From NCBI GenBank assembly GCA_963542015.1, contig CAUTUX010000006.1:1471-65470 (forward strand): a stretch of DNA of 64,000 nt, given 5' to 3'. This document shows, piece after piece, positions 18,346 through 28,126 of the stretch; the stretch's first letter is position 1; every line of letters starts with the position of its first letter. Made by a program: the position numbers and the translations under genes. The stretch comes from an uncultured Clostridia bacterium (lineage in GTDB: Bacteria > Bacillota > Clostridia > Christensenellales > CAG-917). The notes below the pieces were generated by a model that searched no databases, was not told where the DNA came from, and saw only the letters and a program-made list of their open reading frames with translations.

Positions 18346-20809
18346 AATCAGATTCTCACAAGATCTGAAAAGAGTAATTCAGATTTCAGTAAAAAATGCA
18401 CAAATAACAGGAGGTCTTGTCAAGACTGAACATTTTTTATATGGAGTTATGAAGTGTCCAGATACATATTCAAGTAAGATATTGTCGGCGTTCAATCTCA
18501 CAAAAGAAATGGTTGAAAAGGGTATAATTCTTGGTGAAAGGTATGACAGCATTACCCACTCTCCAGCAATAAGTGCTGCGATGGCAACTGGGGAACAGAT
18601 GGCAGAAAGCAATGGTGCCAACGAAGTATTAATAGAACATATTCTTTATGCCATACTAAATAATCCGAATACTGGGGCATGTAAAATACTTGAGAAGAAT
18701 GGTGTTAATATAGAACATGTTAAAGAGGGTATTGGAAAAAAGATTAAAGCAAATGTAAGAATTAATAATAGTGCCAATAGAGAATTTAACAATGAGTTTT
18801 TCCAACAACAAGAAAATAGACAACCAGCCTTTGGTTCGGCATATAGACCAACACCACAAGCAATGGATTTTGACCTATACGAGTTTGGGCAAAATTTAAA
18901 TGAGAAATATTTAAAAAACAATATTGATCCAGTAATAGGAAGAGGAAAAGAAATTGAAAGAACAATTTCAATTCTTTGTAGGAAAACAAAAAACAATCCA
19001 ATATTGATTGGTGAACCTGGTGTTGGTAAGTCGGCAGTGGTAGATGGTCTAGCACAAGCAATCGTGAATAGAGATGTGCCAAGTGAACTATATGACAAAA
19101 TAATCTTTTCATTAGATCTTTCTTCATTAGTAGCTGGTACAAAATTCAGAGGTGACTTTGAAGAAAGATTAAAAAAGCTGATAAAAAATATCCAATCAAG
19201 AAAAGATATAATTTTATTCATTGACGAGATTCATATGATTCTTGGAGCTGGTTCAACTGGAGATAATGTTGATGTAGCAAATATACTTAAACCGATGTTA
19301 GCAAGAGGAGAGTTGCAAACAATCGGAGCTACAACTAATGATGAATATAAAAAATATTTTGAAAAGGATCCAGCATTAGCAAGAAGATTTCAGCCAGTAC
19401 AAGTAGAACCAACATCAGTTGTGGATACAATACAAATATTAAAAGGGTTGAAGGGCTCATATGAAAGACATCACGGTACGATCATAACAGAAGATGCTAT
19501 TATTGCTGCGGTCCTACTGTCAGATAGATATATAACGGACAGATTCCTTCCAGACAAGGCGATCGACCTTATAGATGAGGCATCATCAAGAAAAAGACAT
19601 TTTTCATTTGTAGTCCCAGAAAAACTTAGAGAACTTGAAGAAGAGCTGAAAGAACTTGATTTTAAAAAGTTGGAAGCCACAAGAAGAGGACGGTATTCTG
19701 ATGTGCGAAATATTGAAGAAAGTATAGCCAATAAAAGACAAGAGTATGACAATGAAGAACTTCATTGGATGGAACAAAAAGGCAAAAGAGAAATGGAAAT
19801 AGGAGAAGATGAGATTGCAGAAGTAGTTGCCGATTGGACACAAATTCCAGTAAAGAAACTAACAGAAAAAGAAAAAGCAGGAGTCATGTCTCTTGAAGAC
19901 GAGTTGATGAAGAGAGTTGTAGGGCAGCCAGAAGCAGTTAAAGCTGTAGCAACAGCAATTAAAAGAGCGAGAGCAGGGCTTAAAGAACCAAACAGACCTA
20001 TTGGTTCATTTATATTTATGGGACCTACTGGTGTCGGAAAAACAGAATTGGCAAAGGCTCTGGCAAAGAATATGTTCGGAGATGAAAACAAACTTATTAG
20101 ATTTGATATGTCCGAATACATGGATAAGATAAATGTGTCAAAACTTATTGGAGCTGCTCCTGGATATATAGGTTATGAGGAAGGTGGACAATTGACAGAT
20201 AGAATAAGACGGCATCCATATTCTGTAGTCTTATTTGATGAAATTGAAAAAGCAAATCCAGATGTATTTAATATCTTGCTTCAATTGTTAGATGACGGAA
20301 GATTAACTGATAACCGTGGAAGAATAACTGACTTTAAAAATACAGTTATAATCCTAACAACAAACCTCGGAGCAGAGTATGCGGGTAGGAGTAAACTTGG
20401 ATTTGGAAGTCATAATGATGACACTGAAGAAGAAAAAGAAGAGCAGAGAAAAATTTTAGCAGAAACATTGAGACCTGAATTAATTAACAGAATAGATGAG
20501 ATAGTAACATTTAAACATCTTACTCAAGAAGATATATCAAAAATATCTGAAATTTTCTTTAAGTCATTAATAAACAAACTTGATGATATGAATATAAGAG
20601 CTGTTATATCAGATGAGGCTAAGCAATATGTATCCGCAAAGGGATATGATCCAGATTTTGGAGCAAGAGAATTGAAAAGAACCATCCAGAAGTTCTTAGA
20701 AAACAGATTGAGCGACATGATTTTAAAAGGTCAGATTGCACAGGGGGACAGCATCTCAATTGAAATGCAAGATGATAAGCTCAAGTTTTTTAAAATAGAA
20801 ACAATTTAA
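18338..20809 (+). CDS. clpC: Clp/Hsp100 AAA+ chaperone, ClpC-type
   Basis: 823 aa with N-terminal Clp_N repeats and two AAA+ modules (GEPGVGKSA and GPTGVGKTE Walker A motifs). It has a short middle linker rather than a long ClpB coiled coil. It overlaps the galU stop by 8 nt. Confidence 0.85.
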   Translation: MSKIRFSQDLKRVIQISVKNAQITGGLVKTEHFLYGVMKCPDTYSSKILSAFNLTKEMVEKGIILGERYDSITHSPAISAAMATGEQMAESNGANEVLIEHILYAILNNPNTGACKILEKNGVNIEHVKEGIGKKIKANVRINNSANREFNNEFFQQQENRQPAFGSAYRPTPQAMDFDLYEFGQNLNEKYLKNNIDPVIGRGKEIERTISILCRKTKNNPILIGEPGVGKSAVVDGLAQAIVNRDVPSELYDKIIFSLDLSSLVAGTKFRGDFEERLKKLIKNIQSRKDIILFIDEIHMILGAGSTGDNVDVANILKPMLARGELQTIGATTNDEYKKYFEKDPALARRFQPVQVEPTSVVDTIQILKGLKGSYERHHGTIITEDAIIAAVLLSDRYITDRFLPDKAIDLIDEASSRKRHFSFVVPEKLRELEEELKELDFKKLEATRRGRYSDVRNIEESIANKRQEYDNEELHWMEQKGKREMEIGEDEIAEVVADWTQIPVKKLTEKEKAGVMSLEDELMKRVVGQPEAVKAVATAIKRARAGLKEPNRPIGSFIFMGPTGVGKTELAKALAKNMFGDENKLIRFDMSEYMDKINVSKLIGAAPGYIGYEEGGQLTDRIRRHPYSVVLFDEIEKANPDVFNILLQLLDDGRLTDNRGRITDFKNTVIILTTNLGAEYAGRSKLGFGSHNDDTEEEKEEQRKILAETLRPELINRIDEIVTFKHLTQEDISKISEIFFKSLINKLDDMNIRAVISDEAKQYVSAKGYDPDFGARELKRTIQKFLENRLSDMILKGQIAQGDSISIEMQDDKLKFFKIETI

Positions 20810-20953
20810 AAAAACAGTTATTCTAATCCGTTAAAACACACAGTTAATAATTTTAGTATGCTTTACTTTTATTATTCTCAAAGGCAGATCGAGTAGAAAA
20901 CCATATTCACAAAAACACAAAAATTTAGTATATTTGAATTAGCGGGGTGAAGT

Positions 20954-21256
20954 ATGAAATTTGAATATTTTGGCAAAGATTACGATGTAAGCGATTTATT
21001 AAAAGATATAACAGAGAAAAAGTGCCGGAAGTTAGATAAGTACTTTAAATCTGATGAAAATGCATTGGTAAGGCTAAATGTTATAAAAGATGGCATGCAT
21101 TACATAAGTGAAATGACTGTTGTGCATAAAGCTCAGAATTACAGAGCAGAAGCAAAGGGATTTAATCCTTTTGATAATATTGATGAACTGATTCCAAAAA
21201 TAATAGGACAGATAAGAAAACAAAAAGATATTTGGGAGAAGAATAAAAAAGATTAG
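20954..21256 (+). CDS. hpf: Ribosome hibernation/associated factor, short form (S30AE/RaiA-HPF family)
   Basis: 100 aa. The fold-type sequence MKFEYFGKDYDVSDLLKDITEKKCRKLDKYF is typical of HPF/YfiA. It has no C-terminal dimerisation domain. RBS GGGGTGA is present. Confidence 0.75.
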   Translation: MKFEYFGKDYDVSDLLKDITEKKCRKLDKYFKSDENALVRLNVIKDGMHYISEMTVVHKAQNYRAEAKGFNPFDNIDELIPKIIGQIRKQKDIWEKNKKD

Positions 21257-22030
21257 ATGCAAGTAGGCATTTCGACAGCGACTTTTTATACAAAACTCTA
21301 TACGGAGCAAACATTTCCTATTATTAAGAAATGCGGTGCAGAAGTCTGTGAAGTTTTTATGAATACATATTCCGAATATGAACCTGAATTCGGGGATATA
21401 TTCGTTCGTGAAAGTGATGGACTAAAAATTTATTCAGTACATGCCTTAAATACACAATTTGAACCACAATTATTCAATCGAGTTGATAGAACAAGATATG
21501 ATGCGGAAGCTATATTAAAAAAAGTACTTGCCAATGCTCAAAAAATGGGAGCTCATTACTATACTTTTCATGCGACGACAAGACTTAAGGTTACTTCCAA
21601 AATAAATGTTGATGACTTCGCATATCATATAACTAGAATTGGAGATATCGCAAAACAGTATAATGTTCAGATATGTCTTGAAAATGTTCATTGGGCAGCA
21701 TTCAATAGTCCGAACTTTTTCAGAGAACTAAAACCCAAAATCACAAATATAGGCACAGTTCTTGATATAAAGCAGGCACGACAAAGTGGATTCGATTGGC
21801 GTGAATATATTGATGTCATGGGAAATACTATACGAAATATACATATTTCCGATGTAAAAAATAATCAGACAGCACTTGTAGGTACTGGTGAATTTCCTTT
21901 TAAAGAATTAATTGCAAGGTTAAGAGATGTAGGATATGACGGCCCTCTGATCATTGAACAGTATCCAGAAGATTATGATACATATGATCAATTAAAAGAT
22001 GCTGTAGAATTTATCAAGAGTTTAATTTAA
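21257..22030 (+). CDS. Sugar phosphate isomerase/epimerase (xylose isomerase-like TIM barrel)
   Basis: 257 aa with motifs YYTFHA, CLENVHW, IHISD and IIEQY, typical of the AP-endonuclease-2/TIM-barrel family. Its ATG immediately follows the hpf stop codon. Confidence 0.7.
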   Translation: MQVGISTATFYTKLYTEQTFPIIKKCGAEVCEVFMNTYSEYEPEFGDIFVRESDGLKIYSVHALNTQFEPQLFNRVDRTRYDAEAILKKVLANAQKMGAHYYTFHATTRLKVTSKINVDDFAYHITRIGDIAKQYNVQICLENVHWAAFNSPNFFRELKPKITNIGTVLDIKQARQSGFDWREYIDVMGNTIRNIHISDVKNNQTALVGTGEFPFKELIARLRDVGYDGPLIIEQYPEDYDTYDQLKDAVEFIKSLI

Positions 22031-22084
22031 TTGATATCAGCTCAAAACTGTTTAATAATGAATAAGTCACAGACGGAGGCAGGT

Positions 22085-23476
22085 ATGAAATTGACATTTG
22101 ATTTTAATAATATGATGGAAAGTGCCATAGGTTCACAAGGCATTAAAGAAAAAGAGTTAGAATTGCTTGAAGAAAAAGCAATAGAAGCACATAAAGCATT
22201 TGAAGCTAATCGTGGCAAAGGGATGCTTGGGTGGACAGAACTTCCATATGATCAAACAGAGGTAGTTAAGGATATAATTGAAGAAGCAATTCGCATAAGA
22301 AAAAACTATGACAATTTTGTAGTCCTCGGGATAGGTGGAAGTGCACTCGGACCATTTGCAGTGTTCAATGCATTAACGCACCTAAGATATAACGATCTTG
22401 CTCCTCAAAACAGAAGTGTTAAATTTTTTGTTGAAGACAATGTTGATCCAGAGAGAATGGCTGCATTGCTTGATGTAATAGATGTAGAAAAAACAGTTTT
22501 CAATGTTATTACCAAAAGTGGAGCTACATCTGAAACGATGAGTCAATATTTAATAATCACAGATATTCTTAAAAAGAAGCTAGGCGATAAATACAGAGAA
22601 AACATAATAGCAACGACATCAGCAGAGAAAGGTAACTTAATTAAAATAGCTAACCAAGAAAACTTTAAAACATTTTACATCCCAGACGGAGTCGGTGGAA
22701 GATTCTCTGAGCTGTGTCCTGTGGGATTATTACCAGCAGCCGTTTTAGGTATAGACATAACTGGATTATTACGTGGTGCAGCGGAGATGGATAAAATATG
22801 TAGCATAGGGAAAATGAGAAAAAACCCTGCACTATTTGGAGCTATTTTACAATACATTGCAATGATGAAAGGTAAGAATGTATCCGTTATGATGCCATAT
22901 TCTGATGCTTTAAGATATATGGCTGATTGGTATTGTCAGTTATGGGGAGAAAGTCTTGGAAAGGAAAAAGATTTAAGTGGCAGAATTGTAAACTACGGAC
23001 AAACACCTGTTAAGGCATTAGGCGTTACAGATCAACATTCACAAGTACAGCTATATACTGAAGGACCTTTTGATAAGGTAATTACATTTATCGGAGTACA
23101 ACAGTTTAGAAAAGATGTAGTTATTCCAGCAGGAGCAGAAGAGTTTCCAGATGTTAATTTTCTATGTGGTCATACATTATCAGAATTAATTAATACTGAA
23201 AGAAGGGCTACGGAGTATGCCCTTACAAAAGCAAAAAAGATGAATCAAACAATTATGTTGGATGAAATTTCAGCAAACACAATTGGGCAATTGATGGCAT
23301 ACTTTGAAATACAGACAGCATATATGGGAGCTTTGTTAAATATAGATGCATTTAATCAACCAGGAGTTGAAGAGGGCAAGAATGCGACATATGCCTTATT
23401 TAATAGACAGGGATATGAAGAGAAAAAAGCAGAGATGCTTAAAGCAAAACCAAAAGATTCAAAATATATAATGTAA
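22085..23476 (+). CDS. pgi: Glucose-6-phosphate isomerase
   Basis: Bacillus/Clostridium-type short PGI (GIGGSALGP, TKSGATSET, GVGGRFS, DQHSQVQLY). The ATG at 22085 follows ACGGAGGCAGG. The track start at 22031 is a TTG adding 18 aa. Confidence 0.93.
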   Translation: MKLTFDFNNMMESAIGSQGIKEKELELLEEKAIEAHKAFEANRGKGMLGWTELPYDQTEVVKDIIEEAIRIRKNYDNFVVLGIGGSALGPFAVFNALTHLRYNDLAPQNRSVKFFVEDNVDPERMAALLDVIDVEKTVFNVITKSGATSETMSQYLIITDILKKKLGDKYRENIIATTSAEKGNLIKIANQENFKTFYIPDGVGGRFSELCPVGLLPAAVLGIDITGLLRGAAEMDKICSIGKMRKNPALFGAILQYIAMMKGKNVSVMMPYSDALRYMADWYCQLWGESLGKEKDLSGRIVNYGQTPVKALGVTDQHSQVQLYTEGPFDKVITFIGVQQFRKDVVIPAGAEEFPDVNFLCGHTLSELINTERRATEYALTKAKKMNQTIMLDEISANTIGQLMAYFEIQTAYMGALLNIDAFNQPGVEEGKNATYALFNRQGYEEKKAEMLKAKPKDSKYIM

Positions 23477-24060
23477 TGGAACAATATACTTTTTATGCCT
23501 TAATAAGTAGGATGAAGCTTGTTGAACGCTGGGGTCTCATGCGTTCTATTCATCGTGAAAATTTGATGGAGCATACATGCGAAGTTGCCATGCTTGGTCA
23601 AGCATTGGCAATTATAGCAAATGAAAAGTTTAATAAAAAAATAAATGTAGATTATGTTGCCACACTTGCTTTATATCATGATATGGCAGAAGTAGTTTCT
23701 GGCGACCTACCAACTCCCGTCAAGTATTACAACAAAGATATTATGGAATCATATAAAGCAATTGAAAATAACATAATTGAACAAATGCTTGAAAAAGTTC
23801 CAAATTTCACAAAAGAAACATATACCAGTTATCTCAAACCAGATGAGAACAGCGAAGAATTCCAGATTATGAAGATAGCCGATAAACTTTCAGCATATGT
23901 TAAGTGCGTAGAGGAAATAGCTGGAGGAAATAAAGAATTCGAATTGGCAAAAGAAAACCTTGAAAAAATCCTGGTTGCATATTGGGAAAAATATCCAGAA
24001 CTCAAATTCTTTATGCAAAAGTGTTTGCCTTCATATGGAAAGCAACTGGACTTGTTATGA
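23476..24060 (+). CDS. HD-domain 5'-deoxynucleotidase (YfbR-like)
   Basis: 194 aa with an HD motif set (ENLMEHTCEVA ... LYHDMAEVVSGDLPTPVK) as in YfbR-type nucleotidases. The start overlaps the pgi stop (TAATG). Confidence 0.75.
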   Translation: MEQYTFYALISRMKLVERWGLMRSIHRENLMEHTCEVAMLGQALAIIANEKFNKKINVDYVATLALYHDMAEVVSGDLPTPVKYYNKDIMESYKAIENNIIEQMLEKVPNFTKETYTSYLKPDENSEEFQIMKIADKLSAYVKCVEEIAGGNKEFELAKENLEKILVAYWEKYPELKFFMQKCLPSYGKQLDLL

Positions 24061-25076
24061 TTGTTCTTAACAATGTTTCATGTCAGTACAAATTTGCAAA
24101 AAAAGTTTTCGATAATTTAAACATACAGTTCAATGATTCAGAGATAGTATCAGTTCTTGGAGATGAAGAGAGTGGCAAAAGTACTTTATTTAAAATCCTT
24201 ATAGGGATGGAACAATACACAGGAACTGTTTTATACGATGGAGAATTATTAAGAAAAAAGCCTGATGAAATTATAGCGTTATATTCACAGCATGCACTAT
24301 TTTCAAGTTATTCAGTTAAATACAATCTGGTATACCCCCTTAAAATAAGAAAGGTTAAAAAGGAAGACATTAGCATAAAATTAAATGAAGTTGTTGAATA
24401 TCTACAACTTCAAAGCATACTCACAAGGAAAATATATAAGCTGTCAGAATATGAGAAGATTAAAGTTTGTTTAGGCAGATTATTAATTAGGGATGCTAAA
24501 TATTATTTAGTTGATGATGCATTTAGGAAACTGGCTGGGGAAGACAGAGAACAAACATTCCATTTATTCAAACGGATAGTGGAAGAATTAAAGAATAAAA
24601 AAAAGACAGTTTTGTACTTTACAAGAAACAGTGAAGAAGCTTTTGAAATTGCGAACAGGATATGTATTGTCGCAAATTGTGAATTAAAGGAATTTGGTGA
24701 CAAGAAAAAAATTATAGAAGACCCACAAAATGTATATAGCGTTATAGCATTGAAAAATAAGAACAACATACTGACATGTGACATTGCGAATGATCAGTTG
24801 ATTGACAGAATGGGTGAAATTGTGGGGCTAAAAAAAGATGAAATATTAGGAGATAAAACATCTGTCTATGTCTATATACCAGAGGATGCCTTTATTGCTG
24901 GAAATAGTAATACATTTAAAGTTAAGGAAACAAATTTGATAGGCGATAGATATCTGCACACTTTAACCAACAGTATGACAATCATTTCAAACAAGCCAAC
25001 AAATGAAATTTCATTTGACATAGATATGTCTAAAGTGATGTATTTTGATATTCCTACAGGCTCAAGAATAAAGTAA
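24057..25076 (+). CDS. Degenerate ABC ATPase-like protein with C-terminal MalK/TOBE-like extension (probable pseudo-ATPase)
   Basis: Walker A is retained (GDEESGKST). The signature is LSEYE instead of LSGGQ, Walker B is YYLVDDAF (Asp in place of the catalytic Glu), and the H-loop His is lost (FTRNSEEA). The ATG at 24057 overlaps the upstream stop (ATGA). Confidence 0.65.
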   Translation: MIVLNNVSCQYKFAKKVFDNLNIQFNDSEIVSVLGDEESGKSTLFKILIGMEQYTGTVLYDGELLRKKPDEIIALYSQHALFSSYSVKYNLVYPLKIRKVKKEDISIKLNEVVEYLQLQSILTRKIYKLSEYEKIKVCLGRLLIRDAKYYLVDDAFRKLAGEDREQTFHLFKRIVEELKNKKKTVLYFTRNSEEAFEIANRICIVANCELKEFGDKKKIIEDPQNVYSVIALKNKNNILTCDIANDQLIDRMGEIVGLKKDEILGDKTSVYVYIPEDAFIAGNSNTFKVKETNLIGDRYLHTLTNSMTIISNKPTNEISFDIDMSKVMYFDIPTGSRIK

Positions 25077-25105
25077 CATTCGACTTATTTTGTTATAATA
25101 TTTCC

Positions 25106-26038
25106 ATGCCCGAACAAAACGACAGTTATGCAATTGAAATAGAAAATTTGCACAAATCATATAAAGACGTTGAGGCTCTTAAGGGAGTAACCTTCAAGGT
25201 ACCCACAAGCACATTATTTTCATATATTGGATTAAACGGATCTGGGAAATCTACAACGATTAACATACTATGCCAAGTTATCAAAAGTGATGCGGGGAGT
25301 GTAAAGATTTTTGGGAAAGATGTTGAAAAGTATGGATATGAGATTAAAAAAGATATTGGTATAGTTTTTCAAAATTCTTGTCTAGATAGAGACTTGTCAA
25401 TAAAAGCTAACCTTAAAATCAAGGCAGATATTTTTGGTATAAGTAAGGGTGATTTTTTAAATAAAGTTGAATATCTTGATTCGATACTAGAACTAAAATC
25501 AATATACAAAAAAAAGTACAAACATCTTTCAGGAGGTCAGAAGAGGCGTGCAGATATCGCACTTGCTCTTGTGAATGAGCCAAAGTTATTGTTCCTTGAT
25601 GAGCCCACTACGGGGCTGGATCCTATCAATAGAGATAAGGTATGGCAAGCAATAATGCATCTTGTGAAGGATGAAGAGATTACAGTATTTCTAACAACGC
25701 ACTACATGGAGGAAGCAGAATATTCTGACAATGTAATAATTATTGATGAAGGGAAAATAATTGCAGAGGGTACACCTATCGAATTAAAAGAGAAGTTTTC
25801 AAAAAACACATTGAAAATATATGCTGAAGAAACAGATAGCAATGCGAATAAGCTGAAAGAAATATTTAACAATATTGAATACGATAAGGATCATTATTCA
25901 ATAAAAATAGATAATATGGATTTCCTTAAAGTACAGGATGAGGATTTTCAAAATTTGTTAAAAGACATTGAAATTGTAAAAGGCAATTTACAAGATGTAT
26001 TTATAAATATAGCTGGGAAGAGGTTTGTAAATGAATAA
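25106..26038 (+). CDS. ABC transporter ATP-binding protein (ABC-2/DrrA-type)
   Basis: 310 aa with Walker A GLNGSGKST, signature LSGGQKRRADIA, Walker B LLFLDEPTTGLD and H-loop TTHYMEEA. Confidence 0.9.
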   Translation: MPEQNDSYAIEIENLHKSYKDVEALKGVTFKVPTSTLFSYIGLNGSGKSTTINILCQVIKSDAGSVKIFGKDVEKYGYEIKKDIGIVFQNSCLDRDLSIKANLKIKADIFGISKGDFLNKVEYLDSILELKSIYKKKYKHLSGGQKRRADIALALVNEPKLLFLDEPTTGLDPINRDKVWQAIMHLVKDEEITVFLTTHYMEEAEYSDNVIIIDEGKIIAEGTPIELKEKFSKNTLKIYAEETDSNANKLKEIFNNIEYDKDHYSIKIDNMDFLKVQDEDFQNLLKDIEIVKGNLQDVFINIAGKRFVNE

Positions 26039-26999
26039 AAAAATTAATAACTTTAAACAGCTCATTCATTTATCCAATAGACATTTTCTCGTATTTATGA
26101 AAGACAAATTGGCACTATTCTTTTCTTTGCTCGGACCTCTTGTTGTAATTCTCGTCTTCTTGTTATTTCTCAAGAATATTCAAGTTGATGCAACGTTGGG
26201 ATATTTGAAAAAAATCGGACTCTACGGGAACGGTGTTAATCTCAAAAAAGAAATTACTAAGTTAGTTTTAAATGATATGTTCGGCGGAGTGGTGACCACA
26301 TCAATCATAACTGTTTCATTTGCGACATGTAGCAAGATAGTTGATGACAAAATAAATGGAATTTCACGCTTGTACATGGCGAGTCCTATAAAGAACAGTG
26401 TATTGACGGGCAGTTATATATTAGCCACATTCTTTACTAGTTTTATGATAAACCTTATCGTATATTTCATTTCCATGATTGTTCTTGCAGCAACTGGGGC
26501 ATTCTACATGACAGTCGCAGATGTATTTATAAATATCGCATTAATATTTTTTGGGGTCTTATCTGCAAGCACTATATTTATTGTTATAGTAGAAAGATTG
26601 ACCAAGGCAACACAGGTAAGTACTTTGGGAGCTATTATAGGGGCAACTTCAGGATTTTTTCTCGGGGCATATGTTCCATTAAGCCAACTTGGCAACTTTA
26701 TTAGAAAGGCAGTGTTGTTGTTGCCAGGTACATATACAGTCAATGTACTGAAAGAAGGATATCTTAGAAGAGCAGTTGATGAAGTTGCAAAAAAGATAGG
26801 AGATACACACGGAGTATTAAGGGAAATTTTTGATTGGAAATTAAAATATTTTAATGACAAAGAAGTTCCAATATATGCATCATTTTTAGTATTGATTTTA
26901 AGTTCAATTATTTTCTTTACAGCCTATATCCTCATAAAGAAATTTGCAGGAAGAACTAACAGAAAAAATACCAAAGACAAAAAAGTGCAGACCAAATAA
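26031..26999 (+). CDS. ABC-2 type transporter permease
   Basis: 322 aa with about 6 TM segments. It overlaps the upstream ATPase gene by 8 nt, which is typical ABC-2 exporter organisation. Confidence 0.8.
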   Translation: MNKKINNFKQLIHLSNRHFLVFMKDKLALFFSLLGPLVVILVFLLFLKNIQVDATLGYLKKIGLYGNGVNLKKEITKLVLNDMFGGVVTTSIITVSFATCSKIVDDKINGISRLYMASPIKNSVLTGSYILATFFTSFMINLIVYFISMIVLAATGAFYMTVADVFINIALIFFGVLSASTIFIVIVERLTKATQVSTLGAIIGATSGFFLGAYVPLSQLGNFIRKAVLLLPGTYTVNVLKEGYLRRAVDEVAKKIGDTHGVLREIFDWKLKYFNDKEVPIYASFLVLILSSIIFFTAYILIKKFAGRTNRKNTKDKKVQTK

Positions 27000-27040
27000 G
27001 AACAGTGAATAAAAACACTTTGGTGTGGTATACTTTACAC

Positions 27041-27538
27041 ATGCGTATTTTAGGAATAGATCCAGGGTTAGCAATAGTCGGGTACGGTGTATTAGATGAG
27101 GAAAATGGCAAATGTACTGCCATTGACTGTGGGGTGATAACAACATCTAAGGAACTTACATTGCCACAGAGATTAGTCCATATCGAAAAAATGCTGCAAG
27201 AAATCCTTGATATGTATAAACCAGATGTTGTTGCAATTGAAGAGCTATTTTTTACTAAAAATATAAAGACTGCAATTGCTGTAGCACAAGCAAGAGGAGT
27301 CACAGTGAATGTACTGCAAAAAGCATTGCCAGATAAGATATATGAATATACTCCTAATCAAATAAAAGAGTCATTAACTGGATATGGGTCAGCAGACAAA
27401 AAACAAATGCAAGAGATGATACGAATAATTTTAAGGCTACAGACAATTCCTAAACCCGACGATGCAGCGGATGCTTTGGCTATAGCATTATGTCATGCTC
27501 AGACAAGTAAGATGTTAAATAGATGTAGAATAAATTAA
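27041..27538 (+). CDS. ruvC: Holliday junction resolvase RuvC
   Basis: MRILGIDPGLAIVGYGV ... VAIEELFF ... PDDAADALAIALCH are canonical RuvC catalytic motifs. The track start at 27005 is a GTG adding 12 aa, so the ATG at 27041 is preferred. Confidence 0.9.
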   Translation: MRILGIDPGLAIVGYGVLDEENGKCTAIDCGVITTSKELTLPQRLVHIEKMLQEILDMYKPDVVAIEELFFTKNIKTAIAVAQARGVTVNVLQKALPDKIYEYTPNQIKESLTGYGSADKKQMQEMIRIILRLQTIPKPDDAADALAIALCHAQTSKMLNRCRIN

Positions 27539-27547
27539 AGAGGTAAC

Positions 27548-28123
27548 ATGTACAGTTTTATAAAAGGAAAAGTGGACGAGATCGGAATAGGCAAGTTAGT
27601 TATAGAATGTAACGATATAGGTTATGAAGTAACTGTTCCAGAAAGAATATCTGCAACATTAAAAGTAGGAGATATTGTTAAGATATATACATATCTGTAT
27701 GTAAAGGAAGATAGACAGGAGCTGTTTGGATTTCTAACAAGCGAAGAAAAAATATTTTTTAATCAGCTCATAAATATAAATGGGGTAGGACCAAAGAGTG
27801 CTATTCAGATACTAGGGACACACGATCTTGCAACATTAAGAACAGCAATAGCGACACAAGATGTGAAGACATTAACACAAGTTAAGGGTCTAGGAAAGAA
27901 AACTGCCGAAATGATTATAGTTAACATGAAAGGGAATGTTGATTTAAAGCTACAATCAGACATGATACCACCATCACTTGAAACAAATGATGAGCAGGAT
28001 GCGGTTAATACATTAGAGGCATTGGGAGTTAACAGATCGGAAGCTATTAGGGTCGTTGCATTGGTAGCTAAAGAAGTAACTGGAGTAGAAAATATCATAA
28101 GAGCAGCACTTCAGAAGGTATAA
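27548..28123 (+). CDS. ruvA: Holliday junction branch migration complex subunit RuvA
   Basis: 191 aa. Starts MYSFIKGKV, followed by helix-hairpin-helix motifs (INGVGPKSA, VKGLGKKTAE). Confidence 0.9.
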   Translation: MYSFIKGKVDEIGIGKLVIECNDIGYEVTVPERISATLKVGDIVKIYTYLYVKEDRQELFGFLTSEEKIFFNQLININGVGPKSAIQILGTHDLATLRTAIATQDVKTLTQVKGLGKKTAEMIIVNMKGNVDLKLQSDMIPPSLETNDEQDAVNTLEALGVNRSEAIRVVALVAKEVTGVENIIRAALQKV

Positions 28124-28126
28124 AAA

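Noticed and set aside
20821-20830. Extra copies of a GATTAGAA / TTCTAATC core at 20821-20830, 43281-43290 and 55684-55693, considered as part of the tRNA-upstream repeat family
   Set aside because: Only the 8-nt core is shared, the flanks differ, and the orientation is opposite. An AT-rich 8-mer is expected several times by chance in 64 kb, so only the two long copies (3577-3596 and 12131-12151) are reported.
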